From Dimorphilus gyrociliatus (taxonomy: Eukaryota > Animalia > Annelida), in the NCBI GenBank assembly GCA_904063045.1, contig CAJFCJ010000006.1, forward strand, positions 1,785,463 through 1,849,462: a stretch of 64,000 nt of DNA, in the 5' to 3' direction. The notes below the pieces were generated by a model, which was not told the origin of the DNA, ran no database searches, and was given only the letters and a program-made list of their open reading frames with translations. The position numbers were made by a program, and so were the translations under genes. Shown in pieces: positions 1-12,845 of this stretch. The first letter of the stretch is position 1; each line of letters starts with the position of its first letter.

Positions 1-1233
1 TCACCCAACGTAACGTATACGCTTCGGCTGTATTGTTTAGAGGGCATTATTGTATAAGGAATATACTTTGCTAAGTACATTTAAGTAATTACAAGTTGTT
101 AGAAGTTCTATAAACATACCTGTTATGACAAAAGGGTTGGAAACTGCCGATACCGTTCCTCCTCCAGGAATATGGGCTATTACTTTTAACCTTCGTTTCG
201 TAGGTGGGAGTAACCCTGCAGGATGAGTATGATAAACATAATCGGTTATTATTTTTCCATTTATAGCTTTTGTTGGAATCAGAAAACTTCCCCCGCCTGG
301 CACGCACTGAAAACTATCAGGAAGAAATGAAGAGTTAAACATTAAAAGATTAAATATATTCAATAAAGAAATCCTATTAATTTAAGAAACTATATTAAAC
401 GGAAGTTAAATAATGAATGAAAGAGTAAAGACCATTTGAAAATAGGGTAATACTCTACAAAACATAATGAATGTAAAAATTTCATGGAATATTTTTCTAT
501 AAATGCTTTTATATAATTTATGTAAATAATTTATTGAATATTCATCAGCTAGTTTATTTTATTATTATATAATAATATCAATAAGTTTGTATTTATCTTA
601 TTATATATGAAATGATAGTCAATTAACTTGTAATTGTTTAACCTATTTTTAATAATATTTTGATTGGAAAACTAATAAAGTCTAGTTAAATTTTTTCGTA
701 TCTTTAACATCAATAGATTTCTTAAGAATATCTTCTCTTTTAGATATTCTCTTTTGCTAAGGAAACACTTACTAAAAGAGATAGCGAGCCAATCGAAGTG
801 GATAGTCAACGGGAGATGTTGATGTTTGAAAATGGGTCCATTGACAAGCTCTACCTCCACTGTTAACCCAATTGTCCACTGTTCCTGATTCTGGTATTGT
901 TGCTATATTTATCTTTTAGTCAAATATGTTGAAATTTTAATTAAAATGCCAAAATATTCGGTATTTTTTTATATTCATAAACAAATATAAAACTTATTAT
1001 TTAAAATGAAAAATAGTTACCTTGGCCGATGCTAACGAGCCATTGGTCACTCTATTTCCATCCTTGTACAAATAGGCAATGAATGGTTCACTGGTCAATT
1101 GATTCAGCGGGACACTATAGATTTTATTAGCATCACTTGGAATATTGACTGGAGGTGAAAAAACTGGATCCCATCTTATTTCAACTTGTTCGAGAGTCAA
1201 AGTGAAAAAGTTGATGAAAATTAATGTAAGCAT
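1..1233 (-). CDS. Partial multi-exon secreted or cell-surface protein of unknown family (runs off the window start)
   Basis: Hydrophobic N-terminus MLTLIFINFFTLTLEQ. Exons join in phase across GT-AG introns: ...SLASAK|INIATIPESGTVDNW...ARYLFY|FQCVPGGGSF...SNPFVITG|. The sequence is beta-strand-rich; I do not recognise a family. Confidence 0.6.
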
Positions 1234-2196
1234 ATCAGCGATTGCTGTAAGATTGACGGACAGACCGTTTTATTCTCGACGCTAGGCGACGCCTATACTC
1301 TTTGTTACTCTATGTTTCTGTTTTTTCTTTCTTTCTAGCTCTCTCGACAGTCTCCGTCCCCTCTTTTATATTTCTTACTGAGTTTTTTATTATGCCTTTA
1401 GATGCTTTCATATGCAAATGATTTATAACTTTCCCCTAAAGTTTGTCAAAATTCTGAAATTTTCTCTCTCGGTAATTATACATTTATCATACATACTTTT
1501 AAATTGGAAATACTACGCTAATAATATCAAATTGCATTGTTGTCGAGAAGTATATTTGTTTCAATTACCGGTCCGAGGAACAGTTTGTCACATGTCTGAA
1601 AGTTGCACCTCATGTACTTAATTAATCAACAGGTACACCTTCTCTTAATGAAGAATAATTAAGATACAACAAACTAAAGCCTCCCAGCTATAGACATGCA
1701 AACATAAAAAAAACATTTTGCGAAATATACAGTTATCTTCGACTAAAATGAAAAGTTTGGTGTCAGCTTAACTAAAATTTCCTCAGGGTTAATTTTCCTA
1801 AGCTTCACTACTGTGTGTGTAATTGTGTTCAATAAATTTACTCAACGCGTCTAACTATTACATTACTTGTTGACAGAGACATCCATCTAATGAATATTAC
1901 TGATAGTTGGATGTTAGGCCTAAATAATTGTTTAACCCCTTTTCCCTTTTCTACGAAGATATCGCTCAATAAAATAAACAATATACTGTAAAGAGAATAG
2001 AAAAAAAAGATTGGATATATTATATGTACGAAAATACAGGATATACATATAAAAGCATGAATAATAAATGTTTATTATTAATAATAAAATGATTGACAAT
2101 GTCTAAATAATTAATTTCAAGTAATATATGTGTATACGTTAGAAAGATTAATATATCTATAAAAAACTAATCAAGTTGAGAGAGATTGTCCTTCAC

Positions 2197-4962
2197 TCAC
2201 TCCTCTTCAGTAGTCGATAGTAATCCGCTACCATTTGACATAATTCGAAAATAATTAGAAATTTCATCAATTGTCTTTCCTTTTGTTTCAGGTAGAACGA
2301 AATAAATAACTATCCACAAGCAACCAAGAAATACGATAAATGGAACAAAACTGTAAACTTTTATCTCATCCTATTAAAGGAAGAAAAGATATTTTTATAT
2401 GATAAGTATAAAATTAATAAATGAAACTGACTTGAATCAATGGATAGCATAATCCAACCAGAAAATTTGCAAACCAATTTGTTAGAACTGCAATACTCAC
2501 TGCCGCTGGCCTTGTATTTTGAGAAAACATTTCAGCAACAATAAACCATGGGATAGAACCTTTAAGAAAAATAAATTGATACATTGCTTTTAAATATATT
2601 TTAATAATAGATAAATTAATTGATAAACTTAAGTTTAATAATCAAAACATTGCTATAAACATAATGCCTGATTAAACTCTATTATTATGAAAGATTCGTA
2701 AAATTAATAGAGATTAATGAAATATTTTCTAATTCGTTACTATTAATGTTGTTGTATATGAGCTATTTTCATTGCTTATTAATCAATCTTATATGTTATG
2801 TTTTTCTCTTTATTTTATATTTTATACCTGGTCCAATTGCAAAAGAACATACAAATATCACGGTAGCAACGATTGCTATATATGACATGAAATGCCAATG
2901 AACCTGTTAAGTTTAATTGAGGAACAATAAATGTATATTATTCAATATTTACAGTAGACAATATTAAAATGTATTTATCATTTACCTCCCAAAGGAACGA
3001 TGTCGTTAGGGCGCAAGCAGCGCAAAACATTCCACCCAAGCCTAATAAATGCAAATATCTTCTTCCAGCTTTATCTACTAATGAAGCTGAAATGGCAGTT
3101 ATGATAAAATTTACAACCGAAACTCCAATGCTTGCGAATTGTGAAGCCGTTTGAGTAAGATGGGCTGTTTTTCTAAATATTTGTGTAGAATAATAAATGA
3201 CCTATAAAAGATAGAATAATTTTAGTTTCGATTAAAAATTTTTCATTAATAACTTACAGCATTAATGCCGGAAAGTTGTTGAGATAATTGCATAATTATA
3301 CTTATAAAGATAGGTCTTCTTAACCATTTAGTTGTGAAAATTCCGCAAATAGACATCTTCAAAAAGAAATTAAATAATTATTTCAATTTAGAAGTCTATC
3401 TATTGTTCAGTATTTTTTAATTGAAATAGCTCTTAAGTGTATATAATTAACTGTATAGATAGAAGAAAATGATCGTATCTATCCGCTTTTTTTCATCTTT
3501 TTACTATTAAAGCGTTAGTATAAAAATAATAAGATTTCAAAGGTATTTGTATCAAAAAAAATATTAATAAGCTAGCTGTTGAAGTCGTACTATCAGATGT
3601 TGAAAATAGACAAAAAAATCAGTAACTTTCAACTAATTATAATTGTTCGTTAATCCTTGAAAAAAGTTACATATCTTTTATGTTTGTTAATTAATTAGAT
3701 AAAAACTGTTTTATATCCTCTCTTTACTTACTTTTTCCGTATTTTCACAGCTTTCTCCTTGAATTTGCATGTCTTGAAGTTCTTCCTCGAAGCTATCTCC
3801 ACTTCTTAGCCATTGTAGAGCTGAAATTTAAATGGTTGCGTTTCTCAAATAATTTAATATATTGATTATATATATATACCTCTTATAGCTGCATAACGAT
3901 CATTCTTATTAATGTAGAGGTACTTAGGACTCTCTGGACAAAGAGAGAATGTCAACAATTGTAATATAGCCGCAATAACGGGAAAGCTCAACAATATTGG
4001 CCACAGTTTGTCTGTTCCCAAGATAAAGTCCATTCCTATTATTTGTGATATTAAAACTCCGAAAACAATAGCTAATTGATTCAGAGTACCAGCTGCTCCT
4101 CTCAACTTCAAAGGTGCAACTTCGGATAGGTAAAGTGGAGCAATTCCTGTGCTAATACCTATAACGAAAGAGATTTAATTTACTCTACTTAGTAAATTAG
4201 AAGATAGAAAAAGTATATAATTTAAATTACCGCATTGTATTCCAGCAATAAATCTACCAACTATAAGCATCTCATAAGAAAGTGCCAATTTACTAAAACC
4301 GAAAAGAATCACCGCCAGAAATGTGAGAATATTGTTTAATAGTAAACCCTTTTTTCTACGGAATATATATAACATATATATATATAAAAGTACACGAACA
4401 TAGTCTAAGAATTAAGAGAAGAAGAAACAATAGAAACCTTCCTAGTTTATCAGCAAAATAACCGGCATTTACTCCACCTATCATACCTCCAATAGCCCAT
4501 ATCGATACAATTAGAGCCCATAGCAGAGTAATTTTCGATTGCGTCATGTGATGGCCAGTTCTATGAAGTTCTGTTTCATTGAGAAATTGTTCGATTTTCT
4601 ATAAAAAGTAATTTATATGTAAAAATTTATATTAATCTTCTTAAGAAAGTAAAATTAAAAGAGTATTTATGCTTGTCCTTTACTATATCTTTATTAATTG
4701 TAAAACTATAATAAAAGGAAGGAAGGGTGAAAGGAAATAGGGTTATTGACCGTTTGTGGTAAATTTACGACTCCTGTATGAACTCCAAAGACAAAGGAAC
4801 TTCCAATTACGCAAGAAAAAAATGCAAACACCAATCGACTATTCAAACGCTGTTGAATATAAATATAATTAAGTTGTAAAGAAATTCATTACTCTTAAAC
4901 ACATCTGTTTGACTAACCTGTTTGTCAGATTCTAATATATAAGTTTCTTCGTCTGTATCCAT
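2197..4962 (-). CDS. Facilitated glucose transporter, SLC2A/GLUT class I-like, multi-exon
   Basis: Sugar-porter motifs [55 protein letters not shown] and [15 protein letters not shown] at 4962 (MDTDEETY); TGA at 2197-2199. Confidence 0.93.
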
Positions 4963-6210
4963 AGTGTTCTTTTTATGATTCTATCACAATGTAGAATGCA
5001 ATTTTATAAAATAATATAAAGTTTCTAATACAATTTTATAGGCTTAAATCAGTAGGTGGATCAATTACTGTGTAATAACATAATTATATAAATAGATAAC
5101 AATGATAAGTTTTTCTTAAAAATCGATTCTATGTTTGAAATCTTCAATATACTATATTAAAAAGTAATTTATATATATATATATTGCTATATATTCTTAT
5201 ATACAAGTATATAATAAAAGAAAGTGAATTAATTAGAGATATTTATTGAATTAAACCAGTTTAATACCAGGAAAAAAAATTTTATAATAGATGTTTGAAA
5301 GATTATTGAAACACTTACCTATTATTAATTAAATATTAATCATAATTCATATATCTTCTTTTGTTTTCTTTCTATAGTGACCTAACAGCTTAGAAAGAGT
5401 ATTCTTTTCCAAATACTACTAGTTAAAAAAATAAATTGTTTATTAAAAACAAAGATTGCTAAACTAGAGTTTTAGAAGGAAGTTGAATACTGACAGTGGC
5501 GCTCTCGACAGGCAATAAATAAAATTGTTTAACAGTGCACTTTGGTTTAAAAACATCAATATGCACAAAGTGAAAAAGATCTATTAAAAAACTAGAGAGC
5601 AAATAATAGGAGCTTATTATTTAATGAAGATAAAATGGTGTTAAATATTTAATACAAAAACACTATCAAAATTCATTGAAAGAAGAAGATGGAATTATTT
5701 TGGAAGATAATTAGATAATCCATCTAAAGCTATATAAATAGTTGATATTCTGCAAATCAAAACTAAAGCGTCCAAATATTTCATTTTGTTTTTTTTTTAA
5801 TGTTAGAAACTCTAGAAATTAATTTCTTTTTATCAGCTTTCTCCCAGCCACTAATTGTATAGATTTACTATAAATAATATACACATTGTTTCGTATAAAG
5901 ATTTTTCCAGATGAATATTCATGAGAAACGTTATTATATAGTACAATAAAAAATAATTAGTAAAGGAAATTGCAAAGTAAATGTGAACCAAATTAACAGC
6001 AAAATGAGGGTTCTATTCTTCAATACAAACCTTTTTCTTTTATGTATCTTTTCCATTGGGTATATATATAAATGTGAAGATAATTTCTTAACTTTTTACT
6101 CTGATGATAGTTTATTTGTTGGGAAAAAAAAGTTACAATTTGATATGACGTCATATAGGATTTACTGTGATTGAAAGCTGTTATATTTACATGAAATTTT
6201 TACTGCAAAG

Positions 6211-7543
6211 ATGACTGTTAATTCTATATTTTGCCTTATCTGTATGACCCTACCTTTTTTCATTGGTAAATTCAATTATTGTTCTCTTTAATAAATAGAT
6301 TTTTAAATAATATTAATAAATATATTGATACTTTACATATGTCAATAATTATTTAATTGTATTATCGCTCTATTGCAGTTACTGTTTTATCTAAAAAAAC
6401 TCCAATTAGAGTTGTTGAAGAACCAACTTCTTTTGGGTTAGTTGAGAAATAAAATAATTAGAATTATGAAATAGTATTTCTTTTGCTAAATTTCACGAAA
6501 TTAGGAACTCATTCCAAAGTAATTTCCACAATCCTAATGAACTTCATAAAAGAGTAGATGCAGCTAATTTCATTGGTCCTGAGCACTTAAAACATATATA
6601 TGGAAGATGTTTTACATTAATTGATAATGCGTAAGATATTAAAGAATTGGTATAATTTTTCATAGTTCATAATTGTGTTCTTTTTTTTAACAGTTATAAA
6701 TACTCATTTTGTCCTTTTGACAATGTCACTCAACATGAGCAAAATTTTAGATGGAATCCATATAATGGCATACTAGGGTAAATACATTCGTTTATAATAT
6801 AGTTGGTCTGACATTACAAACTTCTATTATAACTTCAATAGAGTTTGGTCATATTGGGAAACGAAAGATGGTTACTTCCAATCAATGATTTTTAAAAATG
6901 GTGACGATTGTAATAATCTAGAAAAGGGGGCTATAACAAGATCTGTTAAAGTAAATTCTTATCATTCGCTTCTAAGTTTATTTACTGTCGTCCTATTGGC
7001 ATTTTATAGGTTCATCTCTTGTGCGGTACTGACAATAACGTAACAAAAGTTTGGGAACCGACAACTTGTAATTATGAACTTAATTTTTCTACACCATTAG
7101 TTTGTCACAAAGATTCATTGCTTATCTATCCAATGTTGAATCAATCATTAAGAAAAGAAATTGATGAAATAGAAAATGACCTCGAGAGTGAAATCCTGTC
7201 AAAAGAAGTAATCAATTTGTTCTTATTTCTCTAATGGTAGAATTCTTCACACTTATTGAAATATCATAGGGCTACAAGGCACGTGTAAAAAAGGTTTACA
7301 TTGAGGCTGGTATCATCAAAGAACAAGGTAATTTTATAAAAGAGGTAACGACAAAATCAAACACTCTAAACGAATCCTTAGACAAAGAAAGGCATTGTGG
7401 AAAGGTAAAGAAAAAAAAAGACAAACTATTTATAGTCATAATGTTTAATATGTTTTCAGGAAGAGATTGAAGAATTACGCAAACTAAGACGAAAGGTCAA
7501 AAACTACGAACAAATTCTTAGAGAGAATAATATAACCTTTAAT
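6211..7543 (+). CDS. GNPTG: GlcNAc-1-phosphotransferase gamma subunit (MRH/PRKCSH domain)
   Basis: Spliced product has signal [18 protein letters not shown], then [64 protein letters not shown] and a C-terminal coiled coil. These blocks match vertebrate GNPTG as I recall it. The ATG at 6211 gives a phase-compatible first intron. Confidence 0.92.
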
Positions 7544-7686
7544 AACACATAATACAAGTTAATTTCTTATCAAAGAGTTATTATTATATTTTTTGTAGAT
7601 GAATTTATAAAATGAAGTGCTTCTTAATAAAAGAACGGAATAAAATGTACATAGAAATATATATTTATATACAAGTATATAATGAG

Positions 7687-8859
7687 TTAAGGTAATGGAT
7701 CAGTGAGTTCCAACCTCTCAAATTTTCCATTATCATAGAAATTCGCTTTAACTACTCGACCACCAAAAAATCGTCCATGTAAATCAATTATAGCTTTTGT
7801 AGCGCTCTCAACTCTTTCAAATTCGACAAATATTCTCACAGCATTTTCTTCAATTTCATCAGGTAATTCAAATATAACACAGCGAACAACTGGACCATAC
7901 TTTTGACACTCTCCTTTAGTCTCAGGTTCTAATTCGTCATCAACTTCTCCTGGTCCAACCATATTTCGAAGAACAACTACCTTTGATGGATTTTTCAATA
8001 ATTCCCCTATATTTTCTATTGGAGGTTTATCCAAAGGTTGCGTAGCTGCAAATCCTAACCCTAGAACAGAAGGATATCCTTCAGGAAATTCAGGCGGAGA
8101 TGGCGGTAGATCTTTTTCATGAATAATTCTTCCACCTTTACGAGAAGTTTTTTCGACTTCTAGAGCTCTTGACATTCCTTGCTCCAATTTTCCTAGACCT
8201 TGCCCGGCATTCCATCCCATTTTATTCATAATTTTTTCAGCTATAAGCTTTGAATCTTTGGTAGGAGGAGCCGGCAAACTTTCAGAAAGTACTTGCTTAT
8301 CCTGCTCGATGAGGTTTTGAGGTGGAGCTATAAATGATTTTTTTGCTAATCTTCTCTTTCGTTCTTCTTCTTCCTCTTCATCACACTCGGGCATTTTTTT
8401 TTCCTCCTCTACTTTCCCTTTTGTTTTAAGTTTTTTAAACGAATCATATTCGTTCGGTTGAAGGGGATTATATTCATCAGTTAATGACCCAAGCAGTGAG
8501 CTTGGTGTTAGCTCAGTTCCAAGAAAAGGTGGTCTAACTGATTCAATCATTCCTGTATGCTGATTATAACGAACATTTCCTTTTTCTTGCTCTAAAACGA
8601 ATTAAATTACTAGAATGTTTTGATTTAAGAGTTTTTTTAGCTACCTTTGGGAAATCCTGTTATTGGCGTTCGCCTCGTAGTTGGGGTCTTCGTTGAAGCC
8701 GCTGCTTTTCTGGCTGCTAATTGAGACTGGAGCATATGCAAACTATTTCCAGAGCCTAATTTATCAAATATGCAAATTTAAATGGGTACCATTGTTGAGA
8801 AGATCAATAATCAAACCTTTATCTACGCCTTGAAGCTCAATATCATCATATAACGACAT
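7687..8859 (-). CDS. RBM17: Splicing factor 45 (G-patch plus UHM domain)
   Basis: N-terminus MSLYDDI; G-patch IMNKMGWNAGQGLGKLEQG; UHM VVVLRNMVGPGEVDDELEPETKGEC...DLHGRFFGGRVVKANFY. Three exons. Confidence 0.95.
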
Positions 8860-9118
8860 GTTGAAGACGCCGTATACTTTACTCTACAATATCGCTCAAG
8901 TCTTTTTAACGTCAGCAGATCCTTGAAAGTCGATTATAGAAGAAAATATTCAATCATATAAAATGTGTAAATATCCTTATAAAAAGTATTCTCTAATTAA
9001 GTATTTTAAAGCGAATGAATCGGTTGTCTGAAGAGTGAAAAAGTAAGATACTGTTTAGTAAATCGTAAAATATCTCATTGTAAACTATAATTTGATTGAC
9101 ACAGGAAGTGGAAACCTA

Positions 9119-9190
9119 TCGCGCATGCGTAGCTGGTACATCGACGTGTGAGAATCTACTGTGGCGGTGTTTCTTATATAACTGCAACTT
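9119..9190. promoter_or_regulatory. Bidirectional promoter between RBM17 and COPG
   Basis: The two ATGs (8859 and 9210) are head-to-head about 350 bp apart. An NRF1-like GCGCATGCGT lies at 9121-9130, with an ETS-like GGAAGTG just upstream. Confidence 0.6.
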
Positions 9191-9209
9191 TGTCGTCTAA
9201 TTAAAGAAT

Positions 9210-12200
9210 ATGCACGGTTTCAGAAGAGATAAAAAAGAAGAGGAAGATGGTAATTTATACTTAATCTAAACATAGAATCGTGTTCTTCTATATTCAAGGG
9301 TTTTAAATAATGATTCTCTATTCATCTATACAGGCAAAAAGAAAAGTCTGTTTAGTTTAATTTTTAAAGCACGTAGTGTTATCTCTCTATATAGTGTGTC
9401 TTAGCTCTGTTTTAGGTTGTATTTTATAAGGTGGTTTGTGTCATGATCAGTAGATAAATTCTTTACCAGCTTTCTTCTCCACCCTATATCGATAATTGTA
9501 TACACAGTATTTATTAAATTGACACATGGGCATCTACACATGTATATGAGGGGAAGTGTTAAGAAAGTATCAGAATAGTTTTTATCAATGTATTCGTCTT
9601 TGGCTTTTATTGTTGATATTTTCTAAACAGTATTCATATGCATGATTATTTTGACTGTTGTTAAATGAGAGAATAGTATTTAATTGCCTTTTTTTTAAGG
9701 ATCTGGGAGTCATTCCCTTCTTCATTTGGACAAGAGTAGTGTTCTGCAAGAAGCTAGAGCAACTTTTAATGGAACACCGGTTGTTGCTAGAAAATGTAGT
9801 CACGTTTTGACAAAAATTCTGATGGTTTTAAATCAAGGGGAAGCTATAGGTTAGTTATAAAATTATTATTTAAATGGGTGTAAACATATAAACGATTTTA
9901 GGAAAGGAGGAGGCAACAGAAACGTTTTTTGCTATTACCAAATTATTTCAATCTCGTGATCAAGCGGTTCGAAGATTAGTTTATGTTTGTATTAAGGATA
10001 TGGCATCTATTTCCAATGATGTGATTATTGTAACATCATCTCTGACAAAAGATATGACTGGTAAAGAAGATGAATGGAGAGCTCCAGCAATCAGAGCTCT
10101 TTGTCGGATCACAGATGCTCAAATGCTGCAAAGTATTGAAAGATTAATGAAACAAGCTATGGTTGACAAAACCCCTCAAGTCGCTTCGGCTGCTTTAACA
10201 TCTAGTGTTCACGTAGCAAGAACTAATCCTGAGGTTGTTAGACGTTGGTTAAATGAAGCTACTGAGGCAGCTTCAAGTAGCGGAGAAGGACTCGTGCAAT
10301 ATCATGCGATTGGTCTTCTCTATACTGCCAGGAAACATGATAAACTCGCTGTTAGGAAACTGGTATCTAAGCATGCTCGTATCGCCAATAGATCATCGTT
10401 GGCTTGCTGCTTACTTATTAGGATAGCAGCTAAAGCTCTTGAAGAAGATGATTCCGTTCCAAATTCTGGAGAGATGATGGATTTTATCGAGGGTTGTTTG
10501 AGACACAAGTCGGAAATGGTTATATACGAGGCAGCTCGCTCTTTAGTAGGATTAAACGCTACAAATCCCAAGGAGCTTGCTCCGGCAGTTAGTGTACTCC
10601 AGTTGTTTTGCTCCTCACCGAAACCAACTCTGCGATTGGCTGCTGTCCGAACACTTAGCGCTGCAGCAGCTATTCAACCTGCTGCTGTTAGTGCCTGTAA
10701 TCTTGACTTGGAGAATTTAATGAGCGATGGTAATAGAAGCGTCGCAACGTTGGCCATGTCAACTTTACTAAAGACTGGTGGGGAGTCCTCAGTTGAACGA
10801 CTCGTCAAACAAATATCAAGCTTTATGGCTGATATTGGTGATGAACTAAAAGTAGAAGTTGTAAGAGCTGTAAGATCACTGTGCGAAAAGTTTCCAAGAA
10901 AGGCGTCAACCTTGAGTGCTACATTAGCTCAGATGTTAAGAGACGAAGGCGGCGTTGAATACAAATCAGCCTTGGTAGATGCTCTAATTGCTGTCCTCCA
11001 TGATGATAATGATGCAAGAAATGCAGCATTGTCGCATTTATGCGAATTTATCGAAGATTGTGAACACACTAGTTTAGCTACCAGAGTTCTGCATGTACTG
11101 GGCCGTGAAGGTCCAAAGACAGCGCGTCCGGCTGCTTTCATTCGATACATCTACAATCGAGTTATTTTGGAAGCTGCAGCAGTTCGAGCTGCTGCTGTTA
11201 CAGCTTTAGCACAATTTGGTGCTCACTGTCCACAATTGCTTCCGTCTATTTTGGTTTTGTTGAGAAGATGTGCTTTAGATCAGGATGACGAAGTTAGGGA
11301 TCGCGCCACACTTTACATCGCAATTTTTCAAAGTGAGGACCAGAGCCTAATTTCTTCTTTTATTTCTGGCGAAATGCATTATTCTGTCACGGCTTTGGAA
11401 AAATCTTTAAAGAATTATCTGAAGACATCCTGTTCTGAAGAATTTGACATGAAGACTGTACCAATTGCAACTCCACTAGAACAAGGTATCACTTCTGGGA
11501 GCGCTCCAGGATCAGCACCTATTGAACCGGTTGTTGCTAGGGCTAAAGCGACAGTTAAGGAAGATCCACTTGAGAAGGTTCCTCAATTAGCCAAATACAG
11601 TCCTGTATTCAAGTCTTCAGGACCATTAGCTTTGACGGAAGCACTAACAGAATACACCGTTTCGTGCGTCAAGCATGTTACAGGATCTCATGTTGTGCTT
11701 CAATTTACTTGCGAGAATACGCTTACTGATCAATTACTAGAGGACGTTTGGGTTCAAGTTGAAGGTGACTTGGAAATAGTTGAAATAGTAAATATCGACG
11801 AATTGAAATGCGGAGTTCAGCAATCATGCTATACAGTTGTTGAACTACCTGACGTTGATAATTTAAGTTCAACTTTCACACTCGCTTGTACTTTGAAGTT
11901 CAAAGTAAGAGATTGCGATCCTACAACAGGCGAAGTTGACGACGGTTCATACGACGACGATTATGTTTTAGAAGATATAGAAATAACTGTTGCCGATCAC
12001 ATTCAGAAAGTTTTGAAAGCCGACTGGGCAGCCGCGTGGGAAGAATTAGGTCCTCAAAACGAACTAGAAGATACTTTTGCTTTGAGTGCCATGAATACAC
12101 TTCAGGAAGCCGTTAAACAAATTCATTCTTTCCTGGGCATGCAAGCTTGCGAACGATCCGACAATGTACCCGAGGGTAAATATCAAGCTTTTAACTTATA

Positions 12201-12394
12201 TTGCTTAGTTTCATATATTTTTTCTCTTTTTAGGTCGAAGCGCCCATACCCTACTTTTAGCTGGTGTTTTCCGAGGTGGACATGCCGTTCTTGTACGCTC
12301 TCGTTTGGCCTTGTCAAATGGTGTAACCATGAACCTTTCTGTTCGTTCTACTGATCCTCGAGTATCTAATCTAATAACACAGTCAGTTGGTTAA
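9210..12394 (+). CDS. COPG: Coatomer subunit gamma
   Basis: [14 protein letters not shown]|...[11 protein letters not shown]...TKLFQSRD...[24 protein letters not shown]...[21 protein letters not shown]...C-terminal appendage ending ...[10 protein letters not shown]. Four coding exons. Confidence 0.97.
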
Positions 12395-12845
12395 TAAGAA
12401 GCATATAGGAACATATTTTTTTCTGTCTGTTTATAATATATTATCACTATTTTTTGAGCGATTTGGCTCCCTTCTTAATTTAAAATAAAAAGGAATACAG
12501 AAATACAAATTTAGACATTTTTTCTTCAAATGTATTCTCTTGTTCATGATTACAAAAGACGTACAGAATTCCTTATTTTCCACCTTATCTACCGTAATGA
12601 TAGCTTTCGAATAAATAGATTATTTAATAAGAGCAGTAATCGATAACGAAACTAATTACCCAATGGTATTTACACTTTCAAATTGTTTATGTTGTTTACA
12701 CATTAAGTGTTTACAACCAGTTTTACTCAATTTTAACTGGTAGAGCTCTACATGTTCCCTCATTCTAAGTAATCAGTTCGTCTTAAGTATACAAACGGCT
12801 CCGGACCTTGAATAAAAACCGAAAGATTGTAAATTTTTTTTAATA

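Noticed and set aside
5983-6174. ORF MRVLFFNTNLF as the first GNPTG exon
   Set aside because: Its only plausible donor is phase 2, incompatible with the phase-1 acceptor of the next exon; the ATG at 6211 fits instead.
10320-11150. Antisense ORFs inside COPG
   Set aside because: Shadow frames of a long coding exon with no recognisable motifs.
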